From contig CM119263.1 in assembly GCA_051294375.1 (NCBI GenBank), positions 3,041,573-3,105,132 of the forward strand: a DNA stretch of 63,560 nucleotides, read 5' to 3'. The stretch's first letter is position 1. Each line of letters starts with the position of its first letter. The translations under genes and the position numbers were made by a program. Source of the stretch: Paraspadella gotoi. Its lineage: Eukaryota > Animalia > Chaetognatha. The notes under the pieces were generated by a model, which ran no database searches, was not told the DNA's origin, and saw only the letters and a list, made by a program, of their open reading frames with translations. Positions 14,359 to 28,355 of this stretch are shown piece by piece.

Positions 14359-17212
14359 TCAGGGATTAGAAGGATGGCACTCCGATGCCGTTTATTTGGT
14401 TCTAGCGCAGAAACGAGCAATATCGGAAAGTCGTTGCATCTTTACTATTTTTCACTCTCAACTGATTCTCTTCTTGTTTTGTTTACATATTTTCGTTCCG
14501 GTGGATTTTATTTTTAGATCCAATCTTCTAATATTTTATTATGATCCCAATTTTCTCTATTTTTAGATCCAATTTTTCTCTTCTTACCACTGTCTGTTTA
14601 TTTAGGTACCGTTGGGGTAAAAAAAAATAGATATATAGAAGACTAACGCGAGTTTCACAAAATGGAGAGGTGCACACTGGATCCGTGTAGAATTTTCGCC
14701 GGAAATAACAACAGGTTTAACTTCATTTGGGCTTTGCTGCAAGATTTTTCAATTTAGCATATTTTTGAAAAAGATTAAATTTCGAGCCAGACGTGGAGAG
14801 AACTTGTGGGAGAGAGAGAGAGAAGAGACGGAAGCACGACACGGGGGGACGGAGGATGAGAGGGCAGGAGATATAGGGAGAATAAAAGAACACTCGCGCA
14901 GAGGACTTCAGACAATCAGCTGGAGAGCCAGGAGGAAGCTAGGGAGAGCCCACAGACCCCTACTGCCGCAAAGCCCTGCTGCACACACCGACCACACGAC
15001 CAGCCAAACTGCTAGCCCAGACCACTGTACCTGGGAGAGTCTGAAGACGCGAACGTTATCCGTGTCTCGACGGGCGAACCTGGAACCGGAAGTGGCGGAC
15101 GAAGAGCTGCACAGAACGCTTCCTAATCGCAGTAGACGCTGTTGGAGGTCAGTGGGACGTTGAGGGTGAGTGAGTGTGGGTAAGTGGTAGGTTGAGTTGG
15201 GTATGATGTGGGTGGTGGGCGAGGGGAGGTAAGGATCGTAGAGTGAGTGGTAAGATAAGATATGGAGGGGCGAGTGAAAGGTGGGTGGGTGGGTGGGTGA
15301 GGCGCGAGGGAGAATGGGTAGAGGGAGTAAGATTGAGAAGAAATAAAGTTTAACCCCTTTCTGCCGAAAGATACTTAGATAGACGAAGGATATAAATGGC
15401 ACGTCAGTCAGATCTTGCACAGGATGTACATGGAAAAGCATACATCGAGCAGATCTTCACATTCAGTAGGAGATAAAGGATATGCTGTCACGAGCGTAGT
15501 AGACATCATGCAAGAATGCAGCTTCACATTCATACGATCAATCATCATCAATGCATCTTCAACATTCTGCATCAAGTCTTCACATTAACATGCGAGCATA
15601 TAAGCTTCACATTCACTCAATCATTATCTGTCTCGAGAGTTCATCATAATCATCTTCACACTCTATGCATCAATCTTCCATTCATTCATCAATCATCATG
15701 TTCCATATTCATTATCATCAATCTTACATTCATCATCCGTCATTTCAGCATTCATCTCGTCACCACCAACGTTCATAGTCGAATGTCCATAAAATGTAAG
15801 TCGTATTAATTCCTCTCCTTGATTGGCAACCGATCGACACGAAGAGTCACCACCTTGGAAATTGAATTTCTCTTCGCTTACCTTTTTGCTCCTTTTTAAT
15901 CTTGGCCTTAAACCTTTTTCACCCTATCATCTATGACTCGCCCCCCCCTGCTAACTTCTTCTCCTCCCGCCCCTCTAAGCGAGGGGGGCGTCCAATGTCT
16001 TCGACGGTATATTAAACCTTCCATCTTTGGAAGAAACTTCACCTAGTTCCACTTTAATCTAATCTAGGAGGGAAAAATTTATTTTTAATAAAATTTAAAA
16101 TAAATAAATAAAATGAATAATAAATAAATAAAATAAATAAAAATAAATAAAAAATAATAAATAAATAAATCAATAAATTTCATTTATTTAAAAAAATTTA
16201 GATAATTTACTTTAAACCAAATTTTTTTTACTGAAAAAAATTTATTAAATGCTTTAAATACATACAACAAAATAATGGAAAAAAAATATTTATTTTTAGA
16301 ACCTGTTATTCATTCAAACTAACTTTTTTTCTCAAAATATATTAGATTTAATTTTAATGAAAGCTTAAAAAACGATAGAGATATCTTAAGCTTTGTTTAA
16401 TAAATTTGGGTGTTGGAACTACTGGCATTGAAGCCGGACGTGTCAGGTTTTCTCATCACGGACCAATCTCGTTGGGGACGTTGAAAGGCTTTGATGAAAG
16501 CTGAGGTGGGGAGAGAAAGAGGATAGAAGAGGGGAGGGGGACAAAAGAGAAGAGAAGAAAAGAGAAGAGAAGAGAAGGCTTTGATGAAGCTGAGGTGGGG
16601 GAGAGAAGAGAGAATGAGAGGGGAGAGGGAGGACAAGAGAGAAGGGAAGAGAAGAGAAGAGAGAGAGAGAAGAGAAGAAGAAGATAAAGGAATTTGATGA
16701 GTTTGAGATGTGGGAGGAGAGAGAGATGGGAGCGGAGAGGGGGATAAAGAGAAGAACAGAACGAGAAAGAAAGGTAGGAGGGGAGGGGAAAGAGAAGAAG
16801 AGAAGAGAAGAGAAGAGAAGAGAAGAGAAGAGAAGAGAAGAGAAAGAAGATAAAAGAAAAGAAAAGAAAAAGAATGGAAGACAAGAGAAGCAGAAGAGAA
16901 GAAGAAAAGAGAAGACAGGGGGAGAGAAGAGAAGAGAAAGAACTAGAGAAGAAAGAAAAAGAAAAGAAAAAGAAAAGTAGAGAAAGAGTTTAAATCTCAG
17001 CAACACGTGATATTATCGACCTTCGCATCGAAAACCGAAAGTCAACTTCCTCTTGTTTTGTTGATCGGCGCCAAACTTCTGCGTCTAACCCAAAGAACCC
17101 GCCCGCACTGTGAACTTCTGCGTCAAAACTGAATACGCCACTGATTCCGTGCTGGCGTAATGCCGAGTAGCGCAAAGTCGCATAGCTGCAGCAAATCGAG
17201 CGAACCAGTCAT
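14359..17212 (-). repeat. Noisy inverted copy of about 21248-23803, starting at a 25-N gap
   Basis: tcagggattagaaggatggcac at 14359 is the reverse complement of gtgccatcctttctaatccctgga near 23780-23803. Colinear in reverse to about 17212/21248. Confidence 0.85.
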
Positions 17213-17399
17213 AAAAACTGGTTTCCCAACATTTTACATTCGTGAGAGGAATCTTCTTCTCTTAAAATCTCGGAGTGATACAAACGAGGATCAGATGTGA
17301 AAAAAAAGAATTCTTATCACTTCTGACGAATATTTCGATATTTTCTCTGTTTCTTTGTTCAACTGAATTGTTTAACTGAGTGCAATAATTTCAGACTAC

Positions 17400-17700
17400 G
17401 CTCTATGACGTAACGAGCAAATCCAGCCAATCACGTCCATGAAATATTTACCGACGAGTTGAGCCTTACCCCCCTTTACAAAAATTGGAGGCGGTTTCGT
17501 TATCCGAAAATTTATTTTCCTCGTCTCGCTTTCAATTTTCCTTCGCCCTACATCCTCGCCGGGTCGAACCGATTCATTTCCCATCCGTCATTTCCCCCGT
17601 GCCCCGCCTTCTCCCGGATGTAAGGGGGCGTGGCAGTCGCTTTTTACGACGTTTCCGGTTTCAAGGAATCCGAATTTTTTTTCGTTCGTCGCGAAATTTC
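17400..17700 (+). promoter_or_regulatory. Promoter-like motif cluster upstream of the candidate SK 5' exons
   Basis: TGACGTAA (17406), CCAAT (17427), GCCCCGCC (17601), CCGGATGT (17614), GGGGCGTGGC (17625), TTCCGG (about 17653), TCGCGAAA (about 17689). Confidence 0.4.
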
Positions 17701-17773
17701 TATTTGAGTTTTTTCGGTTTTTTAAGTTTCGGGTTTTTTATGTGATTAAAAACGAAATGAAGGAGACTGATTG

Positions 17774-17808
<35 letters not shown>

Positions 17809-18376
17809 NNNNNNNNNNNNNNNNNNNNNNNNNNNNNNNNNNNNNNNNNNNNNNNNNNNNNNNNNNNNNNNNNNNNNNNNNNNNNNNNNNNNNNNNNNNN
17901 NNNNNNNNNNNNNNNNNNNNNNNNNNNNNNNNNNNNNNNNNNNNNNNNNNNNNNNNNNNNNNNNNNNNNNNNNNNNNNNNNNNNNNNNCTCAATTTCCTC
18001 CCCCTTTCGCCCATCTATATCTAAATGTCACGTGTAATTTACCTTTTCAATCTCCAGGTGCCATTCGTTACATTAAAAACATTTCCAATTTCACAAAAAA
18101 GAAAACNNNNNNNNNNNNNNNNNNNNNNNNNNNNNNNNNNNNNNNNNNNNNNNNNNNNNNNNNNNNNNNNNNNNNNNNNNNNNNNNNNNNNNNNNNNNNN
18201 NNNNNNNNNNNNNNNNNNNNNNNNNNNNNNNNNNNNNNNNNNNNNNNNNNNNNNNNNNNNNNNNNNNNNNNNNNNNNNNNNNNNNNNNNNNNNNNNNNNN
18301 NNNNNNNNNNNNNNNNNNNNNNNNNNNNNNNNNNNNCTCTCTCTCTATCATTTCAGCGAAAAAGAACTAATCCAAG

Positions 18377-18436
18377 ATGGCGGATCTGAGGAAGCGTCGG
18401 CCGGGACGGCGCTTGTCGGGCAGGACGGCGCCTCAG
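18377..18436 (+). CDS. Candidate first coding segment of the SK gene (MADLRKRRPGRRLSGRTAPQ); exon 18357-18436
   Basis: Acceptor tttcag| at 18356, aagATGgcg at 18377, donor CAG|GTGAGT in phase 0, compatible with the exon at 20660. Confidence 0.35.
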
Positions 18437-19296
18437 GTGAGTCATGCAAGAGAGGAATGAATTATTAATTAAATAATTAATTAAATAATTTATAAATAAA
18501 TGAATGAATTAATGAAGATTGTGTGACAGTGACCAAATTAATAAGGTGACTACGACCATCTGAAATACCACCTAACAAATTATTGAAGGGAAGATTTTGA
18601 GTGAAAATGTCAGGATCACTAAAGGTAACAACAATGTTACAAACGGTAACAACAGGAAGATGACAATACGCTGACAACGGCGAGAGGACAAAAGGGCAAC
18701 AATGACGAGTTGACAAGATGAGAACAACTGGATGACAAAGGGCGGTCATTTTGAACGGATTTGCGTTGATTAGTCCGACGCCCGCCGACGCTAGTCGATG
18801 GCCCCGAGCGAAGGATCCTTTCGTCTAATTAATGTTCAGTGGGGTTGTGGTGACATCCGGGTTTCATCCGGGTTGATGTTTCAGTGATTCTTAGATTGGG
18901 TGAGTGGTCGGTGAGTGGTCGGTGAGTGGTTCCGTGATTGGGTGAGTGGTAGTTTATTATTTTAGGGAGATGTAATTTAAAGTTATATTGATACAATTGC
19001 AATCAACTTGATTTAACTTATTTAACTAATTTTAAGAGTTATTATCAGTTGAGATGTTTAATTTAATTTAATATGTCGTCACGTCAGTGAAAACCCGTGA
19101 ACTCGCGCATTTGTTTTAAAATATAACGAGACCACCGGATTTATTTTTTTTGTGAAAAAAGGAGAGAAAGGAATTTCAAAAACTTTTTAGAAATTATGAA
19201 TATGTCGGAAAATTAATAGAATGAGACAAACCAAATTAAAATTAAAGAAAAAACGATGTCACTTGATAAAGAAAGAATGAAAGAAAGCAAAAAAGC

Positions 19297-19348
<52 letters not shown>

Positions 19349-19454
19349 AATAAAGACAGACTTGAGTCACGATAGATTTTTCCTTCAAAAAAGTCGCGTC
19401 GAAACGAAGCAGCCGAGTGGAGACTTTCTTTTCTGGAGTAGAAATCGCAGCTGC

Positions 19455-19505
<51 letters not shown>

Positions 19506-20243
19506 TATCAATATTCTATAATATTCTTTCAAAACAAATAAGTTTCACAACTTCGATAGCCCAAGTGAAGCGGGGCCGTGTCGACTGTAGAAGTTGAGTA
19601 ACAATTAACAACTTTCTGTATTTTTAACTTTGGATTGTAACGTGTATAGAAATTATAATCAAGGTCAACAACAATAACAATCGAATAGGTAGAAACAGTC
19701 AATACTCCATGAGAGTTGTGTGACCCAATTTCCTCTGGCCACTAAACGGTTTTAGCAGAGGTCTCATCGTCGTCGTCGTCGTCGTCTTTTTGACCGCCAC
19801 CTGGTGTTAAATATTGTTATAATAACATAGAATAAGCCTAGTAATTACACAAATAAATCTTAACATCTTAAAAATAAATTATACTATGCATACATAATGA
19901 TTATAGAACAACTGGTTTTTATAATTAGAAATAGTTACAATTACAATGCCTTTAATTTCGGCGTTAGCATTAACCACGGAAGATGACAAATATTGTTTTT
20001 TTTTTTCAATTTAACGGAAAAATCCTTCTTAAAGGATTTCCTTTTAAAAATGATTTTTCCTCGTCTTTCCACTGACAGTTCGTATTCTATGCTTCTTTTA
20101 GTTTTCCTATTTTTACATAAGAGCTGCTTGCAGATACGACGACAACGACGACAACGACGACGAAGATGATGACGACGACAGCGATATTGCCACCTGTTAT
20201 ATAGTGCAGAATCCTTTTGATCGGTGAGGGGAAAAAAGGAGGA

Positions 20244-20299
<56 letters not shown>

Positions 20300-20659
20300 T
20301 GTTATTATTGACATCGAGAGAGTCAACATCAACACCGACGAATGTTAGTCGCCAGTTTCGCTCCTTTTTTGTTTTCTTTTTTTGTTTCTTATTTTTCGTC
20401 TGTTTTCTCTGTTTTTTTTGGTCTGTTTTTCTGTTTTTTCTGTTTATTCTTATTTGTATATTTTCTCTGTTTTTTTCGTCTGGTTTCTCTGTTTTTTCTA
20501 TTTCTTCTATTTGTCTGTTTTCTCTGTTTTTTTTCTTATTTTTTGTATATTTTCTCTGTTTTTTTTTCTCTTTTCGTCTGTTTTCTCTTTTTTTTTTCTG
20601 TTTCTTCCGATTGTTTACCTCGTTTTTTTTCTCCGTCGTTTGTTGGTTTTTGCCTCCAG

Positions 20660-20751
20660 AGTTTGAGAATCGATGAGATCGACGCCGTAGATGGAAACGG
20701 CGCCGGTGGGGGCGGGCGGCGCCGTATAAGGTTGGGCCAGAGCGCCGCTAA
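20660..20751 (+). CDS. Candidate SK N-terminal exon (SLRIDEIDAVDGNGAGGGGRRRIRLGQSAA)
   Basis: Long T-rich tract and ctccag| acceptor, one open frame only, donor AA|GTGAGT (phase 0 to 2). Confidence 0.45.
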
Positions 20752-21194
20752 GTGAGTAAGATAGCGCCGCGAGAGTTGGTGGTCGGCGCCGAGGGGGAAG
20801 TCGAAAGATGATAACTTCTCCCATTTTTAACGTCGTTTTGAGCTAAACTTCGGTCGCGCTTCCTCTCAATAATTCAAACCAAATCCAAGAGTTTTAAGTA
20901 ATAAACGGATAGACGAATACAAATGGACATATAAATGTTTAAACGGATTACCCGATAACCCGACGGCGAGGGATAACCATTGTGCTTTGTGCAGATGCGC
21001 GATTCGGCTCGCTGCTGCGGAGGAGGCCGATACTGCAGCGGCTGCGGAGGTTGATACACCGCTGCCGCTGCGTCTGTTGCTTCGCCTGTTATCGCTTATC
21101 TTTTGAAAGATGAGGCGCGGGGGGAAAAAAAGAGGAAAAAAGTCGGAAAATGAATCATTTTTAAAAAAATGATGTTTAGTTCCTTTTTTTTTAG

Positions 21195-21433
21195 TCAGCG
21201 ACAGTTGTCAACGAATTCAGAGCTTCTCCCGGTATTCATTGAAATCAATGACTGGTCGTCGATATTGGCGCAGCTATGGCGCACTTTGGCGCTACTCGGC
21301 ATTGACGCAGCACGGAATCAGTGCGATTCAGTTTTGACGCAGGAAGTTCACAGTGCGGGCGGTTTTTGGTTGACGCAGAATTTGGCGCCGATCAACAAAA
21401 CAAGAGAATTGACTTTCGGTTTTCGATGCGAAG
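21195..21433 (+). CDS. Candidate SK pre-S1 exon ending ...QQNKRIDFRFSMRR; contains an apparent frameshift error
   Basis: Acceptor ttttttag| is phase-compatible with 20751. IDFRFSMRR lines up with the SK motif IGYKLGHRR. Donor AG|GTCGAT. Length 239 nt implies a net indel. Confidence 0.4.
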
Positions 21434-22279
21434 GTCGATAATATCACGTGTTGCTGAGATTAAACTCTTCTCTACTTTTCTTTTTTTCTTTTCTTTTCTT
21501 TTCTTCTCTAGTTCTTTTCTCTTCTCTTCTCTCCCCCTGTCTTCTCTTTTTCTCTTCTCTTCTTTCTTTGTCTTCTCATTCTTTTTCTTTTTTTTCTTTT
21601 TCTTTTTCTTTTCTCTTCCTTTCTTCTTTCTTCTTCTTCTCTTCTCTTCTCTTCTCTTCTCTTCTCTTTTCCCTCTCCCCTCCTACCTTTTCTTTTCTTG
21701 TTCTCTTCTCTTTTATCCCCCTCCGCTCCCATTTCTCTCTTCCCTCCCACATCCTCAACTTCATCAAATCCTTTATCTTCTCTTCTTTCTCTCTCTCTCT
21801 TCTCTTCTCTTCTCTTCCTTCTCTTGTCCCCCTCTCCCTCTCATTCTCTTCTGTCTCTCCCCCACCTCAGCTTCATCAAAGCCTTCTCTTCTTCTGCTCT
21901 TTTTCTTCTCTTTGTCCCCCTCTCCCCTCTCATCTCTCTTCTCTCCCCCACCTCAGCTTCATCAAAGCCTTTCAACGTCTCCCAACGAGATTGGTGCCGT
22001 GATTGGAAAACCTGACACGTCCGGCTTCAATGCCAGTTAGTTCCAACACCAAATTTATTAAACAAAGCTTAAGTATCTCTATCGTTTTTAAGCTTTCATT
22101 AAAATTAAATCTAAATATTTTGAGAAAAAAGTTAGTTTGAATGAAAACAAGGTTCTAAAAAATAAATATTTTTTTCCATTATTTTTGTTGTATGTATTTA
22201 AAGCATTTAATAAATTTTTTTTCAGTAAAAAAAATTTGGTTTAAAAGTAAATTATCTAAATTTTTTTAAATAAATGAAT

Positions 22280-22320
<41 letters not shown>

Positions 22321-22674
22321 TTTATTTATTTATTTATTTATTCATTTATTTATTTATTTTAAATTTATAAAAATAAATTTTTCCCTCCTAGATTAGATTA
22401 AAGTGGAACTAGGTGAAGTTTCTTCCAAAGAGGAAGTTAATAACCGTCGAAGGACATTGGACGCCCCCCTCGCTGTAGAGGGGGGGAGGAGAGAAGTAGC
22501 AGGGGGGGGCAGAGTCATAGATGATAGGGTGAAAAGGTAAGGCAAGAATTAAAAGGAGCAAAAGGTAAGGAAGAGGAAATTCAATTTCCAAGGTGACTCT
22601 TGATCGACGTTTTGCAATCAAGAGAGAATTAATACGACTTCACATTTTTTATGACATTCGACTATGACGTTGGT

Positions 22675-22965
22675 GGTGACGATGATGAATGTGAAGATGA
22701 CGATGATGAATGTGAAGATGATGATAATGAATGTGAAGATGATGATGATGATGAATGTGAAGATGATGATGATGAGTGTGAAGATGATGATGATGAATGT
22801 GAAGATAATGATGATGAATGTGAAGATGATGATGATGAATGTGAAGATGATGATGAATGTGAAGATGATGATGATGATGATGATGAATGTGAAGATGATG
22901 ATGATGAAGTGAAGATGATGATGATGAATGTGAAGATGATGATGATGATGAATGTGAAGATGATG
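22675..22965. repeat. (GAT)n-GAATGTGAA compound minisatellite, unit about 18-24 bp
   Basis: Seen directly; a noisy inverted copy lies at about 15450-15770. Confidence 0.9.
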
Positions 22966-24183
22966 ACGCATTTGAATCTTCGTCATTAAGTATTCGAGAA
23001 GGGTTAAACTTTATTTTCTCTCCATCTTATCCCTACCCATTCTACCCTCGCGCCTCACCCACCACCCACCCACCCTTCACTCGCCCTCCACTTACCACTC
23101 ACTCACGACTTACCTACCCCTCGCCCACCACCACATCAACCCAACTCACCTACCACTTACCCACCACTCACTCACCCCTCAACCCCACCGACTCCACAGC
23201 GTCTACGGCGAAGGAAGCGCTGCGTCGCACTTCCGGTTCCCAGTCGCCGTCGAGACACGGAAACGTCGGCTTCAGACTCTCCCAGGTAAGTGGGGTAGGT
23301 TTGGGTGGTGGTGGTGTGGGCAGAGGCGGGAGTGGGGGTGGGCAGTCGTGGTCTAGCGATGTCTTTGAAGTCCTCGAGTGTTTTTTATCCCAACTCGTCC
23401 ACGGCGTCGCTTTGCTTTTCCAAGTCTTCACGCGCGCGAAATTTAATCTTTTCAAAATGCGAAATTAAATCTTTGAAAAAAAATGTTAAACCTTTTTTTT
23501 TTTGCGCAAAATTTAAGATAGTGCTTGATTTTTTGTGAAACTCGGTTAGTCTTCTATAACTATTTTTTTTTAAACGGTACTAAATAAACAGCAGTGGAAG
23601 GGAGAAAATTGGATCTAAAAATAGAAAATTGGATCAAAAAATAGAAAATTGGATCTAAAAATAAAAATCACCGACGAAATATGTAAACAAAACAAGAAGA
23701 AATCGTTGAAGTGAAAAATAGTAAAGTGCAACGACTTCCGATATTGCTCGTTTCTCGCTAGAACCAATAAACGGCATCGGTGCCATCCTTTCTAATCCCT
23801 GGAGCAAAAAAAAGGAGGAAGGAGATCAAATGGAAACAATAAAAGTTATGCATGGATGAATCGACGAATGAGTATGATTCATGACATAGTATTTTATTAA
23901 ATAAGTGGTTGGCGATAAAACTGGATAGAAAATAAATAAATAAAACAAACTTCCTTAGAAAAAAAATATTGAATGATTCTTTTCTAAAGGTCTTATAACA
24001 GAAGATGATAACGATTTGAAAAAAAATGAAATCGGTTGGAAAATTGTAAACAGAAGAAATTGTAAAAGCTTGAAAAGCGAAATGTAAACAAAGGACAAGA
24101 AAATCGTAAAATTGTGGAAAAAAAAAACTTCAAAAGAAAATGTTTGAAAAAAAACGGAAGGGGTTAAGTTAACTTATTTTGGG

Positions 24184-24257
<74 letters not shown>

Positions 24258-25482
24258 AGAGAGAAGAGAGAGGAGAGAGAGAGAGAAGAGAGGAGAGAGA
24301 GAGAGAGAGAGAGAGAGTCGCAGTCTATCGAAATCTGAAAAAAAAATCATGAAAAATTGGGTTTTGCTCCGAAATCAGCCTTCGTCTTTGTCTAACGATT
24401 CCTTCACATTTATATTTTATATTTATATATATTAATATATATATATTTATATTCTTTTCTTGTATTTCTTTTCTTTTCCCCCATTTTCATGAAGAGTTTT
24501 TTCTCATTTTTTTCCATGTTTTTTCTTCTTTGATTCCTTCTCGACCTTTTCCTATTTTTTGTTTCTTTCTTCCATCAATTTTGTTCCATTTATTTGTTTC
24601 TTTTCATCTTTTTTTCCCCCAATTTTGTTTTTCTTTGATACAATTTTCTTGATTTTAACAACTTTACTTCCTCCACGAAACTAAAATATTATTCTAGTTA
24701 GTAGTTACAATTAAATTATCAAATATTTCGCTATTAATTGAACTACTAATAAACATGATCTTTTGTCATTGTAAAATATCAATATTGGGCAGTAGAATAA
24801 TATTCGTCGAAACTTAATGAGACCACGACAATGATTTACAATGATTTACAAATTAATCGGCGACCGACTCATATACCTTAATGCCAATCGGCTTTCGTTA
24901 TTTACTCCCTCAAACGGCTCGTAAGCCAATCGGGGCGAATTGTTTGGGCAGATGCGTCGGAAATTAAGGAGGCGTCAACCGAAGCCGAAGCGAATATTAA
25001 CGCCTTTTTTTTTCTCCTTTATTTCCTTTTTCCCCCTTTTTTTTCTTTTAAATCAAATCGATCTTTCTTTTTTATTGTCTACCTTTTTTTTATCTTTCTT
25101 TTCTCTCGAGTCAATCTATCATGTTTTTCTGTTCTCGCCCCAGGCTTTTTTTTTCTTTTTTCCTTTCTTCCTTTTTTTTCTTTTTTTTCTTTTTTCCTTT
25201 TCTATTTCATTCTATTTTTCAGTCACTTGTTGACTTTTCGCTCCTTTCAGTTTAATAACTTCTCTTTGTTTTCCTTTTTTCTATTTAAGCCAAATGTTTT
25301 TCTATTTCTCAAAATTTTTTTATCTTTTGTCTTTTATATTACGTATTATTTCTTAATGCAGCTTTTCACTTCTTTCGTTTTTTTGTTTATCCTCGCCAAT
25401 CTCCAATCAAATATACTAGTGTTTAATTATTATATACTTTAACTTCCATTATATGATTGCCCGTTTCGTATGCGTTTCCCTT

Positions 25483-25542
<60 letters not shown>

Positions 25543-25949
25543 CTCTTATATTTTTGTCTTCGTTCTGACCATCCTTTCCTTTCTCCCTCAATTCCTTCTT
25601 CGTCTTCCTCCCCTCCCCTCCCCTCCCCTTCCTCTCCCATCCCTCTCCCTTCCTCTCCCCTCTCCTCCCCTTTCTCCCTCCTCCCCTACTTCTCTCTCCC
25701 TTCCCCTCCCCTCTCCTCCCTTTCTCCCTCCCCTCCCTACTTCTCTCTCCTTCCCCTCCCTCTCCTCCTCCTCTCTCCCTCCCTTCCCTACCCTCCTCCT
25801 TCCCCTCCCCTCTCCTCCCCCCTCTCCCTCCCCTCTCCTTCCCTCTCTCCCGTCCCTCCCCTCTCCTCCCCTTCTCCCTCCCTCCCTCCTCCTCTCTCTC
25901 CCTTCCCTCCTCCTTGCCCCTCCTCTCTCCCGTCCCCTCCCCTCCACAG

Positions 25950-26069
25950 AGAAAGGACTTGTACGAAAAGAGGAAGAAGATAAGCGACTTAGCTCTGGCC
26001 GTGGGAATCTTGGGCATCGCGCTCATGATCATGGAGACGGAACTCACCATGGCCAACGTTTACACCAAG
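25950..26069 (+). CDS. SK: Small-conductance Ca2+-activated K+ channel (SK/KCNN), exon encoding the pre-S1 helix and S1
   Basis: RKDLYEKRKKISDLALAVGILGIALMIMETELTMANVYTK matches SK [39 protein letters not shown]. Long pyrimidine tract then cacag| (alternative AG gives a start at 25952). Donor AAG|GTAAGT, phase 0. Confidence 0.92.
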
Positions 26070-27299
26070 GTAAGTCTTTGCCGGCCAATGTTTACGCGGA
26101 GGTAAGGCGCTGAGGTAAGGCGCGGCCGAGAGTTTTGGCGTCTGCGCAAAAAGTAAGCGGAGAGCGAGAAATGTTTACGAGATGACGAGAGACGTCGGGC
26201 TGACGAAGATAAATTAATTATTAATCGCGATGAGTTAGCTAATAGTTATATTCAAAATTCCTTCAATCTAGCTAATTACATTTGCCTGAGAAGTCGTTTG
26301 TGAAAATTTTTTATAAAATAAATTTTATCAAAATTTAAACAATATAAAAATATACATATATATATATAATTTAAAAAATTAAGGTTAAAATAAATACTTT
26401 AGTATAAAAAGGGTAAGCTAAAAGCAAAACAGTTTATTTATACTAAAATCAAGATTAATGAGAATTGGGTTATTATTAATTGACATTATTAACCATTAAA
26501 CAGTATCATTTCGATTTAAATTAAAATTTACGAGAAATATTGAATTAAAACTGTTTAAAATTGTCACGAACTAATTTCGGAATCAATTGAAACGAACTGA
26601 ACTTTTTGGAAATGCTAATGGAGTCTTGCGACGAGCCAAGTCATTGGTGGAAGGCAATCGTCTCGTCCATCAGCCTCAATTGCGCTTCGATTCCTTCAGA
26701 GTTTTCGCCTTTCGAGAATTTTTAGTCTCGCTCTTTGTTTTTTCTTCTTTTGCTTCTTTTTGCTTCTTTTGTCTTGTTTTCTTGTTTTCCTTTATTCTGT
26801 ATCTTTTGTCTTGTTTTGATTTTTTTCTCTTTCTTTTTTCTTCTTGTCTTATTTTTCTCCTTTCTCTTTCTTGTTTTCCTTTATTCTCTTTCTTTTCTAT
26901 TTATTTTTTATCCTGAGATCAAACTGGGTTTTGTTTCGTCACCTGAATCTGAGACTTCAGTTAGTTGAAAAACTCTAGCGTATGAAACAAAGATGGGGGG
27001 GAGATGAGCGGGAGAGAAGGGGGAAGAAGTTTTTGTTCGTACCAATTTCATAAATGATTTCCCTTTTTTGATTTCCATTTCATTATGCGTATTTAATTTC
27101 GTTAACTCAGGTATGAAAACCGAAAGAAAAAAGCACTTCAAGTTAATATATATAAATATATTCGTGATAAATTTTTGAAGACTTATAGAGTCGATGCCCG
27201 AAAACCATAACCGCGCGACGCCGCGCCTCGGAATGAATAAAACCGGCGTCGCTTTTTAAAAAACCGGCGCCGCTTTTGAAAAAAAACGGCGCTAAGTAT

Positions 27300-27720
27300 G
27301 AAGTGAAGGAGGAAGAGGAGGATTGAGGAGGAAGGGGAGCAGGGGGGATGAGGAAGAGAGGGAGGAAAGGAGGGGAAGAGGAGGAGGAGGAGGAAGAGGA
27401 GTAAGAGGGAAGAGGAAGAAAGGGTGCAGTAGGACGAGAGGGAGAAAAATGAGGGGAAAGAGGAAGAGGAGGAGGAAGAGGGAATGAGGAGGAAGGGAAA
27501 AAGAGAGGTGGAGGAGGGGGAGGAAAAAAAGGGGGAAGAGTGGGAGGAAGAAGAGGGATTGAGGAGGAGGGAGGAAGAGAAGGAGGAAGAGGGAAGAAGA
27601 GGAGGAGGAAGAGGTGTAGGAGGGGGAAGAGAAGGAGGAAGAGAGAAGGAGGAGGAGGGGAAGCAGGAGGACGAAATGGAGAAAAATGAGGAGGAAGAGG
27701 GAAGGAGGAGCTTAGGAGGC
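27300..27720. repeat. Purine-rich GAG/GGA low-complexity tract
   Basis: Seen directly. Confidence 0.9.
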
Positions 27721-28195
27721 GAATTCCAGCAGATGGAGGTGGAGGCGGGTGCAGGCGGCTGTGAGGACAGGTGGCGGTGAAATGGCGAAGGCGAGAACCT
27801 CCAATCGACCAGAGGTCATCGCCAATCGAAAAGGGTCATCCTGTGAATCTTAATTAGGAATCACATTCCATCTCAAATATCGTGACGGTGAATTTTATAA
27901 AAAAAAGTTTGTTAGTTTTCCTTTTTTTTGTTGGTGAAAGATTTAGAGACAGAAATATTTGATTTTCACAACGAATTGTTTTATTAAAGATGCAGACATG
28001 TTTCGATTAATTTGTTTATTCTGCATTTACTATTAGTTGTACATTATTTCAAATTTTCAATGTAAAGTTTAATTTATTACCTCTGCATTATTTCATCATT
28101 TTCTTTTCCTCTCAATCTGAGGCAAAACTTCAGTTGTCCTCAACTCAGATTGTTCACTTTCTCTCAACCCTTTGTTGGAAGCTTTTTCTCACTGA

Positions 28196-28273
<78 letters not shown>

Positions 28274-28310
28274 GTTTGACTAGCCAAAGTTATGTATTTC
28301 AAATTGACAA

Positions 28311-28355
28311 ATACACTGATGATGAACAAAACAATTGTTCGAAACATGTCTGAAA
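28311..28355 (+). ncRNA. Minimal type I hammerhead ribozyme motif of the Penelope-like-element type
   Basis: CTGATGA (28316), extra T, stem II GAACAA/TTGTTC, GAAA, palindromic ACATGT, GTC cleavage triplet ending at 28350. Stem I is weak (CA/TG). Confidence 0.6.

Noticed and set aside
17322-17345. CTGACGA plus hairpin as a hammerhead (also CTGATGA at 35685 and 4716)
   Set aside because: No GAAA after stem II and no helix III or cleavage triplet.
22618-22989. Asp/Glu/Cys-rich ORF (DDDECE)n resembling a biomineralisation protein
   Set aside because: Open in several frames on both strands because it is a GAT-based minisatellite; no splice support; lies in a candidate SK intron.
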